Source: Candidatus Paracaedibacteraceae bacterium (lineage in GTDB: Bacteria; Pseudomonadota; Alphaproteobacteria; Paracaedibacterales; CAIOTO01). Taken from it: 64,000 nucleotides of DNA. Shown in pieces: positions 58,850 to 64,000 of this stretch; positions within the stretch are counted from its first letter, which is position 1; each line of letters opens with the position of its first letter. Made by a program: the position numbers and the translations under genes. The stretch covers positions 66,427 through 130,426 of the forward strand of contig JAUYTZ010000009.1 in NCBI GenBank assembly GCA_030694965.1, given 5' to 3'. The notes under the pieces are model-generated. The model ran no database searches. It saw only the letters and a list, made by a program, of their open reading frames with translations, and was not told where the DNA came from.

Positions 58850-59543
58850 TCCCAAACTCCCCTAATTTTTGTTTCATATGCAAAAAATATTCAGTATCAT
58901 CCTTGTACATTGGAACAAAACTCCACAAAACAGGCTTTTTTTGGTTTATATTTATTTTTTTGGTCATTTTGGTGTAGCAATAGTTAAGCGAGGGGAACGA
59001 CGAAACAACAATTTCTTCTTTTGTTTCTTCATTAATCATAATCCTGTTGATTTCTGAAATAAGTAAGCCATTCATTTTGAATAGTTCAAGTGTTTTGGGA
59101 TAAGCAATTGATAAGGTACATTGAATTTCTTCAATTTCAATAGCAAAGTAAAGATAGCCAGTTGCAAGGTTCAAAGAGATGTTTTTAGCCATTTCAGGTG
59201 TATATGTTTCATTGAAAATAGGGTCAACAGCTAAGCGGCTTATTTCCCAATGTCCTGGTCTTTTAAATTCAGTTAAATTGGGCAAAGCAAATTTAAAAGG
59301 TCCATCAAACATGCAATCATTTGTCATTTCGACAAAACGCACACATCCTCTAATTGTTCCACATGCGTCTTTATAGACAAGATAGTACATATTCTTTTCA
59401 TCATATATGTCCCTTTCCATTCCATCATCACTGTCTACGTTCCACTTCATATTTTCAAAAAATACTTTGTGACGTAAACGATACATTTCATCAAGATCAT
59501 TTCTATGTAAATGATAATTCTTTGGGTCTATTAAAATTAACAT
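58824..59543 (-). CDS. luxI: LuxI-family acyl-homoserine-lactone synthase, copy 1
   Basis: MYRLRHKVFFENMKWNV, ERDIYDE, GCVRFVEM, WEISRLAVD. GAGGAA RBS lies 8 nt upstream. The 3' end overlaps copy 2 by 26 nt in a different frame. Confidence 0.85.
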   Translation of the reverse strand: MLILIDPKNYHLHRNDLDEMYRLRHKVFFENMKWNVDSDDGMERDIYDEKNMYYLVYKDACGTIRGCVRFVEMTNDCMFDGPFKFALPNLTEFKRPGHWEISRLAVDPIFNETYTPEMAKNISLNLATGYLYFAIEIEEIQCTLSIAYPKTLELFKMNGLLISEINRIMINEETKEEIVVSSFPSLNYCYTKMTKKININQKKPVLWSFVPMYKDDTEYFLHMKQKLGEFGNATFNRAD

Positions 59544-60152
59544 AATTTAATTCCTCGTAATTAACTTATACTGTATATGTTAATTAATTTCACATTTTCA
59601 ATATATGTAATGACTAAATCGTAAATAAATGTTGAAAAAAATAATAGATATCAAATTTAATAGTATTGCTTTAACTGTTTTTTAATTATATGTTTACGTA
59701 TTTTTATTTTTTAACATATTAAGTTAATTAAATTTATTTTTTTAAAATTATATTATTTTTTAAAATTTTTACTATTAAATAAAATAGTTATGATAATTTG
59801 CAATCGTGCTAACTTTAAAGGAATTTTCTATATGTAGGCCACGAAATGAATTTATTTTTCCACCATTAATTTATTTTCATTTTAAATTTATTATTTTTAT
59901 AAGTAAATGTGTGTATTGAGAGAAAAATTTAGTTTTTTTCAACTAATGTAATAATGATTGTAATGATTGTTTTTCAATGGTTTATCTTGAAAGAATATTG
60001 ACTGTAGTGCGCTTTCAATAAAATTATTTCCTTTTTTCGGGTAAGACGTTGCTTAAAATAAAATTCATTTTAAACAAGAATATCTAGACATATTTCAACT
60101 TGAATGTATTTTTTTTTATTCATACAGTTCGAATAGTTATGCTTTTTAGCAG

Positions 60153-61601
60153 GTGATGATTATGTCTTACCCTCCAATTAAGGTATCAATGCCATTTGAA
60201 ACAAAAAAAATTGTTTCAATTGTATTAATTGGTAATTTTCTTGATTTTTTTGACCTTATGTTGGCTGTGCACTTAACTCTTGTGCTCAGTAAAATTTTTC
60301 TACCTGTTGAATCGGCATTAGCCCCACTTCTAATGACATTTACTTTCTGTTCTTCCTTTTGCATTCGACCTCTTGCTGCTCTTTTTTGGGGATACATAGG
60401 AGATAATATTGGTCGTGTACCTGTTTTGATTGCAACAACATTTTTAATGTCAATTTCATGCATTATAATTCCTAATATCCCTCCATACGCTGAATGGGGG
60501 ATGTTATCAGCTGTTTTATTTTTAACATTGCGCCTTGTCCAAGGATTTGCATCAGGAGGCGAATGCATTGCCGCAGACGTTTTTATAACTGAAACAGTTC
60601 CAAAACCAATGGTTTATTTTTGCAGTGCCCTCGTTGAGGCAACCTGCTCACTTGGTGGTTTAGTTGCATGCGGCATTGGTGCTCTTTGCTTATATTTATC
60701 GCCAGAAGATGGATGGAAAATACCGTTTTATATCGGCTCAGGAGTTGCCGTTTTAGGCACAATTGCTAGAAAAACATTGAAAGAAACACCTGAGTTTTTA
60801 AGAGAGTTACAAAAAAGAAAAAAACGAAAAAAAATGATAGAGCACTATACATCTCTTAATTTAAATAATCGTAATATATTTGCCCTTTTTGCGATGTATT
60901 TTTTTCCAGCAGTGGCGTTTTATTTTTCATTAGCATACATACCTTCTTTGCTTGTAAATGAATATGGCATGAGTCCAAATGTTGTTATGACGCAAACAAC
61001 GTGTGTTTTGTTTATTGTTATGTGCTCCGAAATTTTTTATGGCTTACTAGGTTTGAAAATTGATCCATTTAAAATTCTTAAATTTAAATTAATTGCGTTG
61101 CTATGCATTTTGCCGATTTTGGCAATCGGCTTTAATGGTATTCGCAACTACTGGGCATTAACCTTTATTCAAGTCATTGTAAATTGTTTAGGGCAAGGTC
61201 TTACGCCTGCAACTCCTAAAATTAACAAAAGCTTTCCTGTAAGTGCTCGATATACTTATCTTTTGTTTATATGGGCATTTTCTCATTCGCTCATGTATTT
61301 GTTAACAGCTTATGTGTGTGAGCAAATTACTAGCTTTTCTTTGCTTTGTCTTGTGTTGTTTGTTGCTGTTTTAATATCACTTATTGGTGCAAATATATTT
61401 GTGTCTGAAGGAAAATCTTTAGAAACAACACTAAACTCTGATAAAAAAATTAAAGAATCTCCTATTTTGCAGGAAACAAAAGCATGCGCGCAAGATAGTT
61501 CTGCAACTGATATTATTGAGGAATTATATAAAATAAAATTAATAAAAAAGTGGATTAAAAAAATATTTATATTTTTGGCTTATTTTAAAATTTCAGTGTA
61601 G
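60153..61601 (+). CDS. MFS transporter (metabolite:H+ symporter-like)
   Basis: 482 aa, 12 TM segments. N-terminal GNFLDFFDLMLAVHL resembles the MHS-family motif, and there is a long central KRKKRKK loop. Confidence 0.65.
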   Translation: MMIMSYPPIKVSMPFETKKIVSIVLIGNFLDFFDLMLAVHLTLVLSKIFLPVESALAPLLMTFTFCSSFCIRPLAALFWGYIGDNIGRVPVLIATTFLMSISCIIIPNIPPYAEWGMLSAVLFLTLRLVQGFASGGECIAADVFITETVPKPMVYFCSALVEATCSLGGLVACGIGALCLYLSPEDGWKIPFYIGSGVAVLGTIARKTLKETPEFLRELQKRKKRKKMIEHYTSLNLNNRNIFALFAMYFFPAVAFYFSLAYIPSLLVNEYGMSPNVVMTQTTCVLFIVMCSEIFYGLLGLKIDPFKILKFKLIALLCILPILAIGFNGIRNYWALTFIQVIVNCLGQGLTPATPKINKSFPVSARYTYLLFIWAFSHSLMYLLTAYVCEQITSFSLLCLVLFVAVLISLIGANIFVSEGKSLETTLNSDKKIKESPILQETKACAQDSSATDIIEELYKIKLIKKWIKKIFIFLAYFKISV

Positions 61602-62129
61602 AATGCCATATATTTCATAAGGTCGGTTTTGATCATTATGGGTTCTTATTTTAGACCTTAAATCCCCGTCTTTACCTGTAGACTTTTGGGGCGAAGTCTT
61701 TTGTGATGATATGTTAGGGGCTTTCTTAAATTTGTTTGAGCATGTCTTTTTTTTTGCTCTTTATAAGTTCTTTTTCTTGAACAGGCGCGTGTTCATTTTC
61801 ATTTGTTTGCTTACACAATAGGTTCTCATACCTCAGTTTCTTTGGCACCGACTAACACTTCTTGTTGTAATTGTGCTTTATATATTCTGATTTTTTTCGA
61901 CGCGGAACATACGCAAAAGAATTTTGTGCCACCTCAAATGATGTTGCGGCCGATTAAGTTGTAGTCGCTACGTGCTCAACCTGTCTTGAACTAAAACTTA
62001 TTTTTCTTAAATAACTCTTTTTTCTTTGCTCTTTTTTATATTTGAATAGGATTTTCAACAAATGTTTGGCATCTAATTTACAAACTTGTTAGACTAATTT
62101 ATCTCTCTCTAATTTTAGTTAAGCATTCC

Positions 62130-62765
62130 ATGTCCGATTTTATTTTTCAAGCATTTGTTACTTTGCTTGTTATCGTTAACCCATTTTCTGTTGTGCCTGT
62201 TTTTGTATCTCTAACACAAAACGATTCTATTGAAGTGAAGCGCAAAGTTGCGAAAAAAGCATGTTTGATTTCTGTTGTTTTATTGCTTTTGTTTGCATTT
62301 TTAGGAGATTGGTTGCTTACTCTGATGCATATATCCCCTGAAGCGTTTCGCATAACTGGGGGATTGCTCTTACTGCTAGCTGCTATTCAAATGGTTCTTT
62401 CGGATAGAAAGTCAAGTCCAGTTTCGTCTAGCGAAAAAATTGGATCAAACACGTGTGAGGATGTTGCTGTTTATCCTCTGGCTATTCCTTTACTTGCAGG
62501 GCCTGGAGCATTAACAACTGTTGCATTGTTAATGAGGCGTGCGCATGACATGCCTTTTTATGCTGAAGCCAGCATCATAGGTGTTGTTCTTCTTATTTCG
62601 GCGATTTCTTTAATGTGCTTATTGATAGGCGATCGTTTGATGCGTGTTTTAGGTGACACAGGCACAAATGTTCTTACTCGCGTGTTTGGAATTATTTTAT
62701 CCGCTGTTGCCATTAACAATATTATTGATGGTTTAGTTTCTGTAATTAAGCAAGCACATGCGTAA
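62130..62765 (+). CDS. marC: MarC family (UPF0056) integral membrane protein
   Basis: 211 aa, 6 TM segments, N-terminal VNPFSVVPVFVSLT motif. Confidence 0.8.
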   Translation: MSDFIFQAFVTLLVIVNPFSVVPVFVSLTQNDSIEVKRKVAKKACLISVVLLLLFAFLGDWLLTLMHISPEAFRITGGLLLLLAAIQMVLSDRKSSPVSSSEKIGSNTCEDVAVYPLAIPLLAGPGALTTVALLMRRAHDMPFYAEASIIGVVLLISAISLMCLLIGDRLMRVLGDTGTNVLTRVFGIILSAVAINNIIDGLVSVIKQAHA

Positions 62766-62771
62766 AGAATT

Positions 62772-64000
62772 ATGGCAAAAATAACACATCGATATGTTTG
62801 TCAAGATTGCGGTACACATCATTCAAAATGGACAGGGAGATGCGAAGGTTGTGGCGCATGGAATCGTTTAGTTGAAGAAAGCGTTAGCTCAAAAAGTACA
62901 AAGCCATCACGTATTTCTTTGGATCACTTTTTTGAAAACTTAGCTATTGATGAAGAAGATAAAAAAAACCAAATACGATTACAAAGTCATTTAACTGAAT
63001 TTGATCGCGTATGTGGAGGCGGCATGGTGCCTGGCTCTGTGTTATTAATAGGTGGTGATCCTGGAATTGGAAAGTCCACCTTACTTTTGCAAATTGTCTC
63101 TAAAATGGCGGGTGAACATGCTTGTGTTTATATTTCAGGCGAAGAGGCTACCTCTCAGATTCGCCTTCGCGCAAATCGATTAGGATTAGCTAATACTCCT
63201 GTTCATTTAGCAGCAGCGACTCAATTAGCTGATATTATTGGCGCATTAAATCGAATGCCTGCTGTTGACGTGGTTGTTGTTGATTCAATACAAACGATTG
63301 CCAGCGATATGATCGAGTCTGCGCCAGGTAGTGTTTCACAAGTGCGTGCATGTGCATTTGAACTTATTCAGCTTGCCAAAAAAAAGGGATTTGTGCTTGT
63401 TCTTGTTGGGCACGTGACTAAAGAAGGTACGCTTGCGGGGCCGCGTGTATTAGAACACATGGTTGATACAGTTTTATATTTTGAAGGCGATGGTGCCTAT
63501 GACTATCGCTTACTCCGATCTGTTAAAAATCGCTTTGGTCCATCGAATGAGATTGGTGTTTTTGCGATGGAAGAGGGAGGCTTGCGGCCCATTGATAATC
63601 CATCTGAACTATTCTTATCGCAGCATGAAACGCCAGTTAGCGGAACAGCTATCTTTGCAGGCGTTGAAGGAACTAGACCTTTGTTAGTAGAAGTGCAAGC
63701 TCTTGTTGCTCCTTCCTCTTATGCGTCGCCTAAACGCACGACAGTGGGGTGGGATGTGAACCGCTTGGCTATGATTGTGGCTGTTCTTGAAGCGCGCTGT
63801 GGTTTGAGCTTTGCTGGAAAAGATATTTACTTAAATGTCGTTGGTGGTTTGAAGATTACAGAACCTGCTGCAGATTTAGCTATGGCAGCATCACTCATTT
63901 CGGCGCTTAGCAATAACCCAATTTATGGAAAATGTGTTTATTTTGGTGAAATTGGACTAACGGGTGAAGTTCGGTCTGTAAGTCAAGCAGAGTCACGATT
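62772..64000 (+). CDS. radA: DNA repair protein RadA/Sms, 3' end cut by window edge
   Basis: Hand translation from the ATG at 62772 gives MAKITHRYVCQDCGTHHSKWTGRCEGCGAWN (zinc finger), Walker A GGDPGIGKST and the KNRFG motif. It is not in the ORF track because no stop lies in the window. Confidence 0.93.
   Translation, partial: MAKITHRYVCQDCGTHHSKWTGRCEGCGAWNRLVEESVSSKSTKPSRISLDHFFENLAIDEEDKKNQIRLQSHLTEFDRVCGGGMVPGSVLLIGGDPGIGKSTLLLQIVSKMAGEHACVYISGEEATSQIRLRANRLGLANTPVHLAAATQLADIIGALNRMPAVDVVVVDSIQTIASDMIESAPGSVSQVRACAFELIQLAKKKGFVLVLVGHVTKEGTLAGPRVLEHMVDTVLYFEGDGAYDYRLLRSVKNRFGPSNEIGVFAMEEGGLRPIDNPSELFLSQHETPVSGTAIFAGVEGTRPLLVEVQALVAPSSYASPKRTTVGWDVNRLAMIVAVLEARCGLSFAGKDIYLNVVGGLKITEPAADLAMAASLISALSNNPIYGKCVYFGEIGLTGEVRSVSQAESR

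Noticed and set aside
60127-60134. Search for a direct repeat of the tRNA-Lys 3' end that would mark the distal att site of the island
   Set aside because: The only match found by eye is the 8-mer GTTCGAAT, which is too short to be meaningful in this context. No att site is claimed.
61602-62129. Possible tmRNA (including the two-piece alphaproteobacterial form) or RNase P RNA
   Set aside because: I found no T-arm/CCA acceptor piece, no plausible tag ORF ending in a hydrophobic (L/V)AA, and none of the RNase P conserved blocks. The short TTCGACG match alone is insufficient.

Overview
This is a 64-kb window from an AT-rich alphaproteobacterium. The taxonomic call rests on a MucR/Ros regulator, an NDUFA12-like protein, a short L36, and the pyrG-secG, rpoZ-spoT and ffs-dnaX-ybaB gene orders. 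Several secreted low-complexity, Q/N-rich and coiled-coil proteins suggest a host-associated lifestyle, but that is inference only. About four fifths of the window is a densely packed housekeeping backbone: rsmB, erpA, rluD, uvrA, lpdA, rsmI, gltX, pyrG, secG, infC, rplI-rpsR-rpsF, rpmJ, hemF, rmuC, priA, holB, prfB, ilvA, spoT, rpoZ, cysS, dnaX, ybaB and radA. The accessory content is concentrated in three places. (1) 52.1-62.1 kb is a very AT-rich, gene-poor block directly 3' of tRNA-Lys(UUU). It carries an AHL quorum-sensing locus with two tandem overlapping luxI paralogues, one intact luxR and one frameshifted luxR without an HTH domain. It also carries an odd three-gene signalling operon: an alpha/beta-hydrolase lacking its nucleophile Ser, an ATPase-only histidine-kinase remnant, and an XRE-HTH + receiver regulator. 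(2) 23.3-27.1 kb holds an AT-rich acyltransferase-3 gene bracketed by two 420-bp direct repeats. The second repeat copy is also the upstream region of an arnC / arnA-formyltransferase pair. (3) 31.2-33.4 kb and 49.8-52.0 kb encode secreted repeat proteins. Three recoding or slippage candidates are visible: the canonical prfB +1 site, an in-phase A_AAA_AAG / A10 tract joining two ORFs at 31.7 kb, and a G7 tract separating a signal peptide from its gene body at 47.0 kb. An SRP RNA, a tRNA and rpmJ are present but absent from the ORF track. No CRISPR array, intact IS element, integrase or prophage was seen.
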